DNA of 32,000 bases from Pirellula staleyi DSM 6068 (lineage in GTDB: Bacteria > Planctomycetota > Planctomycetia > Pirellulales > Pirellulaceae): positions 1,500,001-1,532,000 of the forward strand of contig CP001848.1 in assembly GCA_000025185.1 (NCBI GenBank), given 5' to 3'. This document shows positions 8,901-18,438 of this stretch, piece after piece. The notes below the pieces were generated by a model. That model saw only the letters and a list, made by a program, of their open reading frames with translations, was not told the DNA's origin and did no database searches. The position numbers and the translations under genes were made by a program. Numbering within the stretch: the first letter of the stretch is position 1; each line of letters starts with the position of its first letter.

Positions 8901-9265
8901 GCCTGAGCCATGTTGGTGCCGGGATGAAAGTAGAGCTTCATCAAGGCGTTGCCTTGGACGTTTTTGCTTTCGACGTGATGAATGCCGCTGATGTAAAGAA
9001 AGTGATATTCGTAGTAGTTGGTGATCAGCCCTTCCATCTGCGCGGGGTCCATGCCGCCGTACGGCTGACAGACGTAAATCACTGGCAAATTGAGCGCGGG
9101 GAAGATGTCGACCGGCATCCGCTTGAGAGGCAACTCGACCCCATACTGCGACAAGTACTGATCGACCGACTTGGGGCGGACCGCAACGCCAGCGGCGAGC
9201 AAAATGGCGATGATCCCGACCACAATGGTCAGAGGACGTCGCATGGCAAAGATCACCGGATTCAT
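5966..9265 (-). CDS. RND efflux transporter inner-membrane subunit (AcrB/CusA/CzcA superfamily)
   Basis: The track ORF is 1182 aa, but its first 83 codons run into the upstream gene and spacer. ATG at 9265 gives MNPVIFAMRRPLTIVVGIIAILL, a canonical RND N-terminus/TM1, and a 1099-aa product. It shows a two-lobe 12-TM layout, a TM4-type motif GLALAVGILVDEATVEIENIHSQL (7973-8044), and a His-rich loop HHSHSHAEQHGH (7706-7741). Confidence 0.9.
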   Translation of the reverse strand: MNPVIFAMRRPLTIVVGIIAILLAAGVAVRPKSVDQYLSQYGVELPLKRMPVDIFPALNLPVIYVCQPYGGMDPAQMEGLITNYYEYHFLYISGIHHVESKNVQGNALMKLYFHPGTNMAQAMAETINYVNRSRAFMPPGTVSPFVMRFDTGSVPVGYLVLSSETRTIAEIQDIALFKVRPLFSALPGVSAPPPFGGSARTVVLRVSPDKLRAYGVSADDVINALVSGNTISPSGNLHVGNSYPIVPMNAMVRDPKELGTIPIKVGANPAVYLSDLAEIVDAADISAGYALVNGRRAVYILATKRADASTMSVIDEIKRALPSMQKELPDDIRVSFEFDQSPYVTRAIDSLLHEGALGALLTGLMVLVFLRDWRSALVVVLNIPLAIAAAVVGLWICGQTINLMTLGGLALAVGILVDEATVEIENIHSQLDHTDSVALAVRRGNSQTAIPRLLAMLCILAVFVPSFFMTGAARELFVPLSLAVGFSMIASYILSSTFVPILSTWLLQHHSHSHAEQHGHRSEGQPGSSSRNWFAFNTYRDFYGTFVSGMVAARWIVIPAYLAASLLTIGVVGSQIGIEIFPQIDAGEFRLRFRAKDGTHIEETERIALGVLDHIGQKVGPENVDITLGYVGMIHSNFPINAVYQFSRGPEEAILRIALKPHTGIRTEVVKEELRTELAQKFPQVRFSFEPADIVSEVMSFGSPTPIEIAARGGSVAENRAFLGRVTTALAELPELRDVQLYQSLDYPTVDVKLDRIKAGRSGVTTSQVARSVLAATASSRFVVPNYWPDPKSGVGYQVQVEVPQPFLTSIDQLGAVPVRQSETPLLLRDVASISEGTTPGQYDRYNMKREVSLTANLAGTDLGRTSARLETILKRVQAEYDAEREVNTQNGVKPAAISYEIRGQIPPMKQMISGLGIGLLLAILVIYLLLTANFQSLGLALVAVSTAPAVVAGSLVVLLLSGSTLNIQSFIGMIMAIGVAMANAILLITFAEQARREGAAASTAAIEGGKQRLRAILMTSLAMLSGMLPMALAFGEAGQQTAPLGRAVMGGLIAATFSTLVVLPSLFAFVQSRATRASASLDPGDAGSRHFVPGTEEA

Positions 9266-9353
9266 AGATTGCTCATGGCGTCGTGATGGTGGGGAGGAAG
9301 TGTTCGAGACTTGCTGATCGTTGGGGAGTGTGTCGCTACTCGTCGCTGGCTGG

Positions 9354-11204
9354 TTAGTTCGTTTCCTGTGCCAGCTGGGTAGGAGCGCCACCGACAGCTC
9401 GCAGGAGTTGAAACTGAGCCAGGTTATAGTCGATGACAGCTCGCAGGTAGTCGCGACGCGCGGCGCCGAGGGCCTGCACCGACTGTAGCGCCTCGATCGG
9501 AAGCCCTTGGGCACTTTCGATCCGCTTCAGGTTGCGTCGATGAGAATCGAGGGCAGCTTGAATGCCGCGCTCGGCAACAGCAATTTGCTGCTGGCGCGAC
9601 TTGACCCGCGCGTGCGCTTCAACAACTTCCCCGGCTACGCGGTCCATGATGGCGACGTTGCGCCACTGGGCTTGTTCGATCCGCGTCGCCGCTTCCGTAC
9701 GAGCAGCCCGTTCACCGAGTCCAAAATTACGGATCTCCCAGTACGCAGCAGCATCGCCATCAAAACGATCTTCCACCGGACTGAAGTTCGTACCAAGTCC
9801 CCCACCCATGCCGCCATAACTGGCACCTAGGAGGACGCTCGGCAAGAGGGGCGCGAACTTCTCTCGGCGCATTTTGGCAACGGCTTCACTTACGAGCCAG
9901 CGACTTTCCGAAAGTTCTGGACGCTGCGAAAGGCCTTCGGCTACGAGGTCACCCAGTGGTGCTTCGGGATCGTACAGCCGAATCGGTGCAGCCACTGGTT
10001 CCTGGACCAGCAGCGGCTGTGAAGGATCGATTCGCAGGTGCGTGGCGAGTCGAACGGAAGCAACCTGAGCTTGCTCGATAGCGCGGAGTAGTTCGTTTTC
10101 GCGTAAGGAATAATCGGCCTGCGAGCGATCGTAGTCCGAAGCGAGCCCCTGCCCCGACTTGGCGTAAGAATTCGTGAGGTCGGCGAGTTGCTTGGTGTTG
10201 CGTAAGGTTTCGCGTGCGATCTCGGCATCTCCTTCGGCTCGCAGTAAATCGAGGTACAGCGAAGCTGACTGGTACATCGCATCGAGCATTGCTGTTTGCG
10301 AGGCCCACGCACGGGCCTCTGCCTGGCTCGCGAGAATCTTGGGCTGGAAGATGGCATCGGCCGTATGAAAGTTCATCCAGACGCCAGGAACTTGCGGCGA
10401 GCCTTGTCCGACACCCACGGCGCCGAGGCCGCCGTAGTAGCCACCACGACTGGTGTCGAACACATTGCCGGCGACATCTTGAATCGCTTGCTCGTGGCGG
10501 TTGTAGGAGATGCCCATCCGCAGGTGAGGGAGCCACAAGATTTCAGACCGCGACACTTGGGCGTAGGCCTCTTGCACCCGCCAGCGCGCAAACTGCACCT
10601 GGGGATTGTTGGCGTCGGTGGCTTGCAGGGCCGAGACCAGGTTCATCGGCATGCCGCGCGGGACATTGTTTTGCAGGTGCGCAGCGGCTCGATCGCGCTG
10701 CCGTTCGGGAAGCGTTTCGTAGCTAACTGGTGGCATACGGTCTGGATCGGGCATGGGACTGGGGACCGGCACCATCTCGGTTTGCACGAGAGTGACCGGT
10801 TGCACCTGCGACGCTGGCGGGGTGACGCGAGCGACATAGTTGGCAGTCGCCACAGGAGCGGGTTCGTCCGCTGCTTCGATCGGAGGGAGACGTTCGATGC
10901 GTGGTCGTGCTGCCGACCATTGCTCGAGAGGAACGGGCTTGAGCTGCGACGCGAGCGGACGTGAAGCGGGGGCTGAACTGGCTGCGATGGGTGCGCTACG
11001 CGGTGCTGTCGGGAGAGCCGAGTTTGATCCAGGAGCAAGGGCCACGCTGCTCGGCTGAAGGTTCGGGGCAACGGCTGGCGAAGGTCGACGGGCTGCAAGC
11101 GGTGTCGAGAAGTTGTCGCCTTCGCTCGGCGCCAAACAGCCTACGATCGCCAGCAATAAGCTAGAGACCATGGCTAATCTGCGTTGTTGACATGTGCCGA
11201 GCAC
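9354..11204 (-). CDS. TolC-family outer membrane efflux protein (OMF) lipoprotein with long Pro/Ala-rich N-terminal linker
   Basis: 616-aa ORF with a GTG start and signal + lipobox (RRLAMVSSLLLAIVGC). A ~150-aa Pro/Ala/Ser-rich low-complexity segment comes next. TolC-type helical repeats follow (LVSALQATDANNPQVQFARWRVQEAYAQV; LSQRPELSESRWLVSEAVAKMRREKFAPLLPSV). An alternative ATG is at 11171. Confidence 0.85.
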   Translation of the reverse strand: MLGTCQQRRLAMVSSLLLAIVGCLAPSEGDNFSTPLAARRPSPAVAPNLQPSSVALAPGSNSALPTAPRSAPIAASSAPASRPLASQLKPVPLEQWSAARPRIERLPPIEAADEPAPVATANYVARVTPPASQVQPVTLVQTEMVPVPSPMPDPDRMPPVSYETLPERQRDRAAAHLQNNVPRGMPMNLVSALQATDANNPQVQFARWRVQEAYAQVSRSEILWLPHLRMGISYNRHEQAIQDVAGNVFDTSRGGYYGGLGAVGVGQGSPQVPGVWMNFHTADAIFQPKILASQAEARAWASQTAMLDAMYQSASLYLDLLRAEGDAEIARETLRNTKQLADLTNSYAKSGQGLASDYDRSQADYSLRENELLRAIEQAQVASVRLATHLRIDPSQPLLVQEPVAAPIRLYDPEAPLGDLVAEGLSQRPELSESRWLVSEAVAKMRREKFAPLLPSVLLGASYGGMGGGLGTNFSPVEDRFDGDAAAYWEIRNFGLGERAARTEAATRIEQAQWRNVAIMDRVAGEVVEAHARVKSRQQQIAVAERGIQAALDSHRRNLKRIESAQGLPIEALQSVQALGAARRDYLRAVIDYNLAQFQLLRAVGGAPTQLAQETN

Positions 11205-11709
11205 GGAGCAGCCTCCAGAACAGTTCTCAGGGGCGACCTGCGGTGGTCGCTAGGTTGAGAATCGGCAGTCTAGTGGAAGCGGATAAAGCGATTCTGCTGT
11301 TTGTAGGGGCTTCTCGGCCCTGGTTTGCCTCCCAGAGTCACCGATGGAGTGTGCAGATAATTTCTGTAAGTGATTTTCTGAAAAAGACTTGCGATCAGTC
11401 CACTGCCGCACAGAAGTGCATGGATTCTAAGGTGAGCGATCTGGCACATGATCTACATCTGTCACTGAAAAAGGGAGCGGAGCGAGCAGATCATAATTGC
11501 ATGACAGTCAAACGATCGTTAGTGCATTGCGCCACCAGCTCCATCGATGCCAATCAGGTCTTCTTCGGCGGCCTGCTGAACGCTCGCGGCCAAGTCGGTT
11601 TTTCATACTGATTGGCGCGAGAGGCAGATCGCATGTGTGTTTGATGCTCTTGCGCGTGAAACGTGCAAAGGGCTCATTTCATGCTGGCAATACGCAAAAG
11701 AAACGCTTG

Positions 11710-12066
11710 CTAGCGCTTGGGACGGGCGTTGTAAACACCTTCGGGAGTCGCCAGTCGGAGGGGCTCGATTTGGATGCGCGCTGCTGCGTCCCAAATCGCT
11801 TGGCGTGAAGGGACGACATCGGTTTGCTCGATGTAGAGCGAGCGTGTTTTGTAGTCGACCGCGACGCGCTTGATTCCCGGAATACGCGATAGTTCCTTGA
11901 TCGCCGGGATCGATTCTTTGGCGCAGCACAGATGTTTCACCGTCAAAATCGCGGCATATTGCGGCGCTGCTGGTGGCGCTGGCTGCTGCGCTTCAGCCCG
12001 CTCTGCGCCGATCGTTGCCAGTGTAAGAAGTCCGAGGATCAGCTGCCGAAAGTTGCGCGAGAACAT
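11710..12066 (-). CDS. Exported HMA-like (ferredoxin-fold) small protein with variant metal motif H-L-C-C
   Basis: 118-aa ORF with an ATG start and a signal peptide (LILGLLTLATIGAERAEA). ILTVKHLCCAKESIPAIKELSRIPGIKRVAVDYKTRSLYIEQTDVVPSRQAIWDAAARIQIEP aligns by eye to the heavy-metal-associated pattern V-x-G-M-x-C-x-x-C...G-V-x-x-V-x-V-D. HLCC (11923-11934) stands where MxCxxC would be. The gene is the last one after the TolC of the ABC pump, with a 54-nt gap. Confidence 0.6.
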   Translation of the reverse strand: MFSRNFRQLILGLLTLATIGAERAEAQQPAPPAAPQYAAILTVKHLCCAKESIPAIKELSRIPGIKRVAVDYKTRSLYIEQTDVVPSRQAIWDAAARIQIEPLRLATPEGVYNARPKR

Positions 12067-12120
12067 AGGTCTTTCCTTGAAGTGTCGAGTAACGTGAAAT
12101 TCAAAACAGTGAGCAAGCGA

Positions 12121-13551
12121 CTAACGACGATCGAGGCTTCCCGATAAGAGCATCCCTTCGATCTCCGCTTCAGCGGCGCGCAGCTCGCCGAGCGATTCGA
12201 GGTAGTTCAAGTGCGTTTGCGAGAAGGTGCGCTGCGCGGTGAGCAGATTGATATAGCCTGTCTCGCCCGCTTGATACGATTTACGCAGCAGCTCGAGCGA
12301 CTGACGCGAGACAGGCAGAATGCGCGTCTGATATTTGGCGACTTGACTCGCCGCATTAGCGTAGCGCTCGAAGACCGGCGCGAGTCGATGCTGCAGCGAC
12401 ATTTCGAGCTGCTCGAGCGCGCGCTCTGCTGCCACAGCCTCTTGAGCCGCTTGGATCACACCCCCTTGGTTGCGATCCCACACCGGCAACGGAATGCCGA
12501 CGGTGATACCTCCATCCGATCCACCGCCAATGCCATTGTCGCGCCAATTCACGAGCCCCTGAACCGTGATGTTCGGCGTCTTTTGGACCCGAGCCCGTTC
12601 GGCTTCCCAGCGTGCCCGTTCGATTTCGGCCAGCGCGGCGGCAATCTCTGGACTTGTTGTAAGGAGTCGCTGCAGGCTCGTTTCCCAAGCGAGTGGCGGG
12701 CGAAGCTCCTCCAAATCTCCTACGAGTGGCTGTGGCTCGAGCGACGGATTTCCGAGCACCGACGCCAATCGTTGCCAAGCTGCTTGCGAGCGATTCCGAG
12801 CGTTTTCGACGAGGATTTCTAAGTTTTCGAGCTCGAGCTGGGCCTGCAGCAGATCGACGCGCCCCACTTCCTGCGCTTGCTCAAGAGCGGCTGCTGTTTT
12901 CATCCCCTCCGCTGCGATTTGGCGAAGCTCCCCTGTCAACGACGCTTGCCGCTCGGCGATCAGCACTTGGTAGAAGGCAATTCGCACATCGGTCAGCACG
13001 CGTTGCTGCTGAGCCGCCAATTCCTGCTCCGCCTTGGCCACTTCCTGCGAAGCGACGTTGCGGCTGAGCTGTAGTTTGCCGCCGCGCACAATCTCTTGCT
13101 CGACAAACAAACCCTCTTGCTCAGCAGCTCCACCACTACCGATCTGCTGCCCTTCGTACCCCACGGTTGGATTCGGCGCAAGACCAACCTGCAACCAGTG
13201 TCCTCGCGCTGCTTCGACAAGCGCACGCGCCCGCGCAACTGAGGGACTGGCTGTGAGTGCCATCTGCTCGAGATCAGGGAGCGTGAGTCCGGTGGTCACC
13301 GGTTTCTGCAAGAGTGGCGGCAAAATTTCCGCATGCGGCACAGAAGATTCAGACGCTGTAGTTCCAGGTTCATTGGTTCCTGGATCGGTGAACGAGGCTT
13401 GCTCGACCGAGGGACTTGCGCTTGTCGGAGTAAAGCTCGTGGGAGTTGGCGTGAGACTTGGGATCGGTGGCGCTTCGCGCGCGGGGCGGGTCGTGTGACA
13501 GCCGACGATCAGCAGGATCGACGTCATCACGATGGGGCGTAAATTTTTCAT
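12121..13551 (-). CDS. TolC-family outer membrane efflux lipoprotein (CzcC/CusC-like)
   Basis: 476-aa ORF with a lipobox (SILLIVGC) and a Pro/Thr/Ser-rich linker. OMF repeats follow (LEQMALTASPSVARARALVEAARGHWLQVGLAPNPTVGYEGQ; LLTTSPEIAAALAEIERARWEAERARVQKTPNITVQG). Confidence 0.85.
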   Translation of the reverse strand: MKNLRPIVMTSILLIVGCHTTRPAREAPPIPSLTPTPTSFTPTSASPSVEQASFTDPGTNEPGTTASESSVPHAEILPPLLQKPVTTGLTLPDLEQMALTASPSVARARALVEAARGHWLQVGLAPNPTVGYEGQQIGSGGAAEQEGLFVEQEIVRGGKLQLSRNVASQEVAKAEQELAAQQQRVLTDVRIAFYQVLIAERQASLTGELRQIAAEGMKTAAALEQAQEVGRVDLLQAQLELENLEILVENARNRSQAAWQRLASVLGNPSLEPQPLVGDLEELRPPLAWETSLQRLLTTSPEIAAALAEIERARWEAERARVQKTPNITVQGLVNWRDNGIGGGSDGGITVGIPLPVWDRNQGGVIQAAQEAVAAERALEQLEMSLQHRLAPVFERYANAASQVAKYQTRILPVSRQSLELLRKSYQAGETGYINLLTAQRTFSQTHLNYLESLGELRAAEAEIEGMLLSGSLDRR

Positions 13552-13625
13552 GCGAGCCTCCCTGCTCTTCCAGCGATCTACTACTGTCTCAGCTAAAAGG
13601 TTTGCAGCTCAAGCGAGTTTGCGAA

Positions 13626-14768
13626 CTAAGCCTGCCGCAGGGCGTGAACAATTTCGCTACGTGCCGCTTGCCAGCCGGGCGCGATGCCAGCGAGAAGACC
13701 GACGACGGCCGAGACGATCGCGCCGGTGAGTGCTAAATCGAGCGAAGGCTCGAAGGCAATCGTCACCCCTTCTGCGCCGACCGCAAAACGGCCCCAGGCC
13801 AGCAGTGCGAGACCTGCCCCGATTCCGAGGCCACCCCCGGCAATGCTTTGCAGCATGCTCTCGGCGAGAACGAGTCGAAAAATTCTTCCGGGACGAACTC
13901 CCAGCGTCTGCAGCACCGCATGTTCTTGGATGCGATCTTGCACCGCCATCACGGTGGTTGTAGCGACAAGCGCGAGGACCAGACCGACACAGGCGTAGCC
14001 GAGCCAGTGAGCAAACCCGATCAGCTCAGCGAGATCCGCCAGCGTGTCGCGCTGAAAGAGACCTTTCGAGCGTGTGGTGGTGGCGACAGGACCACTTTGA
14101 AACTGTGCATCGATCGCAGCAGCGATTTGGTCGGGATTGGCTTGCTCGCTGAGCTGAACTTCCAGCTGCGTCACCGTTCCGACGGAGCTACTTCCCTGCG
14201 CACGTTGCAGAAAGTCGAGATGGGTGTAGATGTAGCTTTCTTCCGCAGCGACAGCCGACCGAAAGATCCCCACGACATGCACCGTCACTTCTCCCATCGT
14301 GAAGCGCTCCCCGACTTGAATCCCTCGTCGCTTGGCAACGGCCTGCCCCACCATCGCTCCATCGGTTCGCGTGGCAAAGGAGTCCCAACCACCAGCCACG
14401 AGCTTCAGGTCGCGCGCTGCGCGGAGCTGTTGCGGCGGCATTCCGTGGAAGACCACCACATCGAGACTCGCTCGGCAATTGTTCGTAAGCACCTTGATCG
14501 GCACCACTTCCTTCACACCTGCGAGCTTCGCCGTCGCGCGTGCATAATCCTCGGGAAGTTTGCTACTGGCAGGACAAAAACGGTTCTCTTGAAACACGAT
14601 GAGGGTCCGCAAAGCTGCTTGATCTTCTGTGAGTCGAGCGAGTCCACGCTGTACCGAACCGACGCAGCAGAAGACAAACAGCGCGACCGCCGAACCACTC
14701 ACCGTCAGGAGTGTGCGATTTCGATGTCGCCACAAACCTTTCAGAACGTAGGGAGCTAGTGGAAGCAC
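13626..14768 (-). CDS. ABC transporter permease, FtsX/MacB/LolE-like (permease 2)
   Basis: 380-aa ORF with a GTG start 3 nt after the ATPase stop. The N-terminus [28 protein letters not shown] is typical of FtsX-family TM1. A ~220-aa periplasmic domain follows, then a C-terminal 3-TM FtsX domain ([49 protein letters not shown]). Confidence 0.85.
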   Translation of the reverse strand: MLPLAPYVLKGLWRHRNRTLLTVSGSAVALFVFCCVGSVQRGLARLTEDQAALRTLIVFQENRFCPASSKLPEDYARATAKLAGVKEVVPIKVLTNNCRASLDVVVFHGMPPQQLRAARDLKLVAGGWDSFATRTDGAMVGQAVAKRRGIQVGERFTMGEVTVHVVGIFRSAVAAEESYIYTHLDFLQRAQGSSSVGTVTQLEVQLSEQANPDQIAAAIDAQFQSGPVATTTRSKGLFQRDTLADLAELIGFAHWLGYACVGLVLALVATTTVMAVQDRIQEHAVLQTLGVRPGRIFRLVLAESMLQSIAGGGLGIGAGLALLAWGRFAVGAEGVTIAFEPSLDLALTGAIVSAVVGLLAGIAPGWQAARSEIVHALRQA

Positions 14769-14771
14769 GAT

Positions 14772-15497
14772 TTAGGCCCTTTTCTCGAGTGGATAAGGGG
14801 TTGAAGCGAGAGCCAGGTCGCGACCTTTTTCGATCAGCTTCCCTTTCTCGAGTCGAATCTGTCGCCGCGCGAGCTGGGCAACTTTCGGATCGTGTGTTAC
14901 CAGCAAAAGTGTCATCCCGAGTTCGTCGTTGAGTCGCTGAACGAGCTCCAAGATTTGCTCCGTGGTATCGGCGTCGAGATCGCCAGTCGGCTCGTCACCC
15001 ACGATGATGGTGGGACTGGCAACAATCGCGCGTGCAATGCCGACACGCTGCTCTTGGCCACCCGATAGCTGGCGAGGATAGTGCTGCGCACGATCGCGCA
15101 AGTTCACCGCCTCGAGGGCAATCTCGACACGCTTGTGACGCTCGGCAGACGAGATCGGCAGCAGTAGCAGCGGCAATTCGACATTCTCATAAGCAGTGAG
15201 GACCGGAATCAGATTGTGCATCTGAAAGATGTAACCGATGTTGGCAGCACGCCAATCGGCAAGAGCTCCGCGCGACAGCCGCGTGATGTCGGAACCGTTA
15301 ATCACAATCTCCCCCGACGTTGGTCGATCGATCCCAGCGACCGAGTTGAGGAGGGTGCTTTTTCCGCTTCCACTGGCCCCCATCAAGGAAACGAAATCGC
15401 CACGTTCGATATCAAGATCGACATCGAGCAGAGGGGTGATCACTTCGTCTCCCTTGCGGAATTGCTTGGTGAGTCGACGAATTTCTACGAGAGCCAT
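14772..15497 (-). CDS. ABC transporter ATP-binding protein (MacB-NBD/LolD-like)
   Basis: 241 aa. Motifs seen: Walker [13 protein letters not shown] signature LSGGQEQRV, Walker [13 protein letters not shown] and H-loop LLVTHD. An AGGAAA sits upstream of the ATG. Confidence 0.95.
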   Translation of the reverse strand: MALVEIRRLTKQFRKGDEVITPLLDVDLDIERGDFVSLMGASGSGKSTLLNSVAGIDRPTSGEIVINGSDITRLSRGALADWRAANIGYIFQMHNLIPVLTAYENVELPLLLLPISSAERHKRVEIALEAVNLRDRAQHYPRQLSGGQEQRVGIARAIVASPTIIVGDEPTGDLDADTTEQILELVQRLNDELGMTLLLVTHDPKVAQLARRQIRLEKGKLIEKGRDLALASTPYPLEKRA

Positions 15498-15519
15498 AAC
15501 AAGTTTCCTGCAGTGAAGA

Positions 15520-17139
15520 CTATTTGGTGGTGGGGGAAGTTGGCTGCGCTGTGCGAGCTGTCGTAACTGGGGCAGACATCGAATCGCGCGATGTACCGAG
15601 CGAGCGATCGGCCCCTGTCACTCGAATTCGCGCTCCATCGGCTAGTTCATCGCGCCCCGCGACGATCAATTTGTCGAGCGCCGTAAGTCCACCGATCACT
15701 TCGACAAGCTCGCTCGTCTTGGCCTCGCCGAGCTGAATCGTTTGTCGCCGCGCGATCGTTTGCGAGCCATCGATGATCCACACACTCGCCCCACTTTCGC
15801 TCGTTTCGACGAGCTCTTGAGGGACGAGCATTCGAAGCGGATCGTGATTGGCTTCGGTTGCAGGTCGCGCACTTTGCGGCGCGAGGAAGGTGACCTGCGC
15901 GAGCATCTCGGGACGCAAAACCTCCGGTGGATCGGTGATCGAAACTTTGACCTGCAGCGTGTTTTTTTGAATGTCGGCCTGTGAGGTGATTCCGAGCACG
16001 ACCCCCTGCAAAATCGCTGGCGATGCCGACGTTGTAAGCTGGACACTTTGTCCGAGCTGAACTTGCGACACATCTTCGAGTCGCACATCGACGCGCACTT
16101 GCAGCTGTTTGGGGTCATACAGCGACGCGACGCTGCTCGAATCACTTTCCGACGCGCTTGTGAGTCCCATCAAGCGCGAACCGGGACGAGTGTGAAGCGC
16201 CAGCACGCGCCCCTGGATTGGCGAGCAGACCGTCATCCGCGCTAGGCGGAGCTGAATCGTTTCGATGGCCAGTTCTGCTTGCCGCACATGCGCTTCAGCG
16301 GCAGTGAGCCGAGCCTGCGAGTCTGCTGCGGCCAGCGTTTCGTCGGTCTTGAGCTTAAGCTTGGTATGGAGCGCTTCGCAGCGGCGTTGCCATGCGGCTT
16401 GCTGTCGCGCGAGGGTTGTGCCCCGCTGCTCGAGATCGGCAAGCGTGGCCGAGGCAGCGTCGAATTCGCTCTGTGCTTTTTGAATCGATCGACCGGCGAT
16501 GGCATCCGCCACTTGCTGCTTAGCTTCGAGATCTTGTCGCGCGAGTGTGAACCGAGCCCGTGCCGATTGAATCAGAAACGGAAGATTGTTGATTTCGGTT
16601 TCGAGCGTCGCGAGCGCCGCGTCCGCCTCGGCATGTTCGGCCTCTAAATGAACCGGCTGATCGAATTTCGACTGCGCGCTGGCGACAGCCGCTCGAGCCG
16701 CATCGCGCTCGGCCTGTCGCAGCAGCAGGATCGACTCCGCTTCGGCCAGTTGTAGACGAACGTCGGCATCGACCAGTCGCGCGATCGGCTGGTTCGCCTC
16801 GACATTTTGTCCCTCGACCACCAGCAACTGCTCGACTACCCCTTCGACAAGTGCCGAGCAAATCACAGCGGTCGGACGGGGCTCGATCCATCCAGCAGCT
16901 TGAAACAGGGGAGTTCCCGCCTGTTGCACCTCGGCCCGTGTCAGCAAAACAGGCATGATGGTGACTGGTGCTGCTGGGAGCCAGAAGTCGCGCGCTGACC
17001 AGCCAACGAGGGCGACAAAGCCTGCTATGGTGAGTAGCGGCAAGCCCCAAGAAAGTGTCGTACCCCGTTTACGTGCTCGAGGAGTTTCAGGAACTACGCG
17101 ATCGACGGTCAGTTGTCGGAGATCTACTTGAGTTGCCAT
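15520..17139 (-). CDS. HlyD-family periplasmic adaptor of the ABC pump
   Basis: The track ORF (592 aa) starts inside the upstream permease gene. ATG at 17139 ([14 protein letters not shown]...) gives 539 aa. It has an N-terminal TM anchor ([19 protein letters not shown]), a lipoyl-like motif ([20 protein letters not shown]), a long Ala/Gln/Glu coiled-coil hairpin and a beta-barrel C-terminus. Confidence 0.85.
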   Translation of the reverse strand: MATQVDLRQLTVDRVVPETPRARKRGTTLSWGLPLLTIAGFVALVGWSARDFWLPAAPVTIMPVLLTRAEVQQAGTPLFQAAGWIEPRPTAVICSALVEGVVEQLLVVEGQNVEANQPIARLVDADVRLQLAEAESILLLRQAERDAARAAVASAQSKFDQPVHLEAEHAEADAALATLETEINNLPFLIQSARARFTLARQDLEAKQQVADAIAGRSIQKAQSEFDAASATLADLEQRGTTLARQQAAWQRRCEALHTKLKLKTDETLAAADSQARLTAAEAHVRQAELAIETIQLRLARMTVCSPIQGRVLALHTRPGSRLMGLTSASESDSSSVASLYDPKQLQVRVDVRLEDVSQVQLGQSVQLTTSASPAILQGVVLGITSQADIQKNTLQVKVSITDPPEVLRPEMLAQVTFLAPQSARPATEANHDPLRMLVPQELVETSESGASVWIIDGSQTIARRQTIQLGEAKTSELVEVIGGLTALDKLIVAGRDELADGARIRVTGADRSLGTSRDSMSAPVTTARTAQPTSPTTK

Positions 17140-17201
17140 GGCTGTATTTACTGTCGACTTAACGCTGAGGTGGCTGGTGAAAGAGTGCTTTGACAAGCGG
17201 A

Positions 17202-18371
17202 TTAGAGCGCTTTGAGTCCCTCGACGATCTCGTAGCGCATCGCCTTCATGGCCGGGGGCAAAGCTCCCAGAACGCCGAGTAGAAAACCGGTGCCACATCC
17301 CACCAGCATGGCCAGACTATCGACACGCAGTGCGAACGCTCCCATGGTGAAACGAACGGCGGTGCCATTAACGAGCAGCAACGCGATCGTGCATGCCAGA
17401 AGCGAAGCGGTCATCGATAGCAGGGTTGCTTCCTGAATCAAACTGATGGCGATCGAGCGGCGGCGATAGCCGATTGCTTGCAGCGTCGAGAGCTCGCGAA
17501 CACGTCCGACCACAGCCCCGTACATCGTGTTGAGTCCGGCAAAAATTCCTGCGCCAGCAACGAGGACGACGACAATCCAGCCGAGCATACGAACCGGCTG
17601 ATAATGTTTTTGTAGCGAGGCGTAGTAGGCAGTTTCACCGACAGCTTGGAGCTCGAGATCGACACGCTCTTTGCAAAAAAGCTCGACATCGGAGGGTGCG
17701 GCACCACTCGTGAGCCCCACTGCCACCAGGCTGATATCTTGCCGCTTGAGCGCCGTTTGCAGATCTTCCAGTGGTGCCCAAATCTCCGATTCAAAGGCGG
17801 CTCCCCTCGCGCTGAAGCGTCCGCTGATTGTCCACTCCCGATTGTCGAACCGCAGCGTTTTTCCGATCGTGAGCAGCTCGGCTTTGCACCCCAGTTTGGC
17901 GGCGGCAAGTTTCCCCACGAGGATTTCTCCGGTCGCAGGCCACTTCCCTTCGATCATCGCCACTTGGCGCCGCAGAAGCGGTGTGGCGGAGGTGACACCA
18001 CGCACGATGCCAAACATCCCCGGCGCATCGACAGCGGTTTGCACTTTGGTGCCGATATAAAGTTCGGGCGCCACATGACTAGTTCCAAAGCGACTCTCCA
18101 CACCATCGAGACTGGCGGAGAGGAGCGCCGCTGTTCGACCAGGGATCGCGGAATTCTCGATATCGGCCGCAGCGCCGATGGAGTAGACGAGCACCACTTG
18201 AGAATCGCCACTCGAGGCGAGCGATCCTTCGAGTCCACGAATGAACGCGACGACGACCAGCACCAGCAGCACGACGGTGGTGAGTGCGGCGAGTGTCAAA
18301 CCACTTCGCGCGGGGCGGCGAAATAGGTTGCGAATTCCGTATTCCCACGGAAGAAGTCGTAAGTGAAACAT
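17202..18371 (-). CDS. ABC transporter permease, FtsX/MacB/LolC-like (permease 1)
   Basis: 389-aa ORF with AGGAG 7 nt upstream of the ATG. The N-terminus is [34 protein letters not shown], followed by a large periplasmic domain. The C-terminal FtsX domain is [54 protein letters not shown]. Confidence 0.85.
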   Translation of the reverse strand: MFHLRLLPWEYGIRNLFRRPARSGLTLAALTTVVLLVLVVVAFIRGLEGSLASSGDSQVVLVYSIGAAADIENSAIPGRTAALLSASLDGVESRFGTSHVAPELYIGTKVQTAVDAPGMFGIVRGVTSATPLLRRQVAMIEGKWPATGEILVGKLAAAKLGCKAELLTIGKTLRFDNREWTISGRFSARGAAFESEIWAPLEDLQTALKRQDISLVAVGLTSGAAPSDVELFCKERVDLELQAVGETAYYASLQKHYQPVRMLGWIVVVLVAGAGIFAGLNTMYGAVVGRVRELSTLQAIGYRRRSIAISLIQEATLLSMTASLLACTIALLLVNGTAVRFTMGAFALRVDSLAMLVGCGTGFLLGVLGALPPAMKAMRYEIVEGLKAL

Positions 18372-18438
18372 CGTGAACTCCTACGCTGAACTCCAAGAAA
18401 CTCTTGCCGTCGACCTGCCTGTCATCGAGCAGCGAGCT

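Noticed and set aside
9266-9514. N-terminal extensions in the ORF track: RND 9266-9514, adaptor 17140-17298, PSD1 protein 23018-23113, DUF1501 25425-25535, large protein 31101-31115.
   Set aside because: The extensions overlap the preceding gene or consist of non-protein-like sequence. Internal ATGs give canonical N-termini (RND TM1, signal peptides, Tat motif), some with Shine-Dalgarno-like sequences.
11500-11610. Minus-strand mini-ORF (36 codons, MRSASRANQYEKPDLAASVQQAAEEDLIGIDGAGGAMH) in the inter-pump spacer.
   Set aside because: It is too short, has no RBS or signal features, is bounded by an upstream in-frame TGA, and has no supporting evidence available. It is not reported as a gene.
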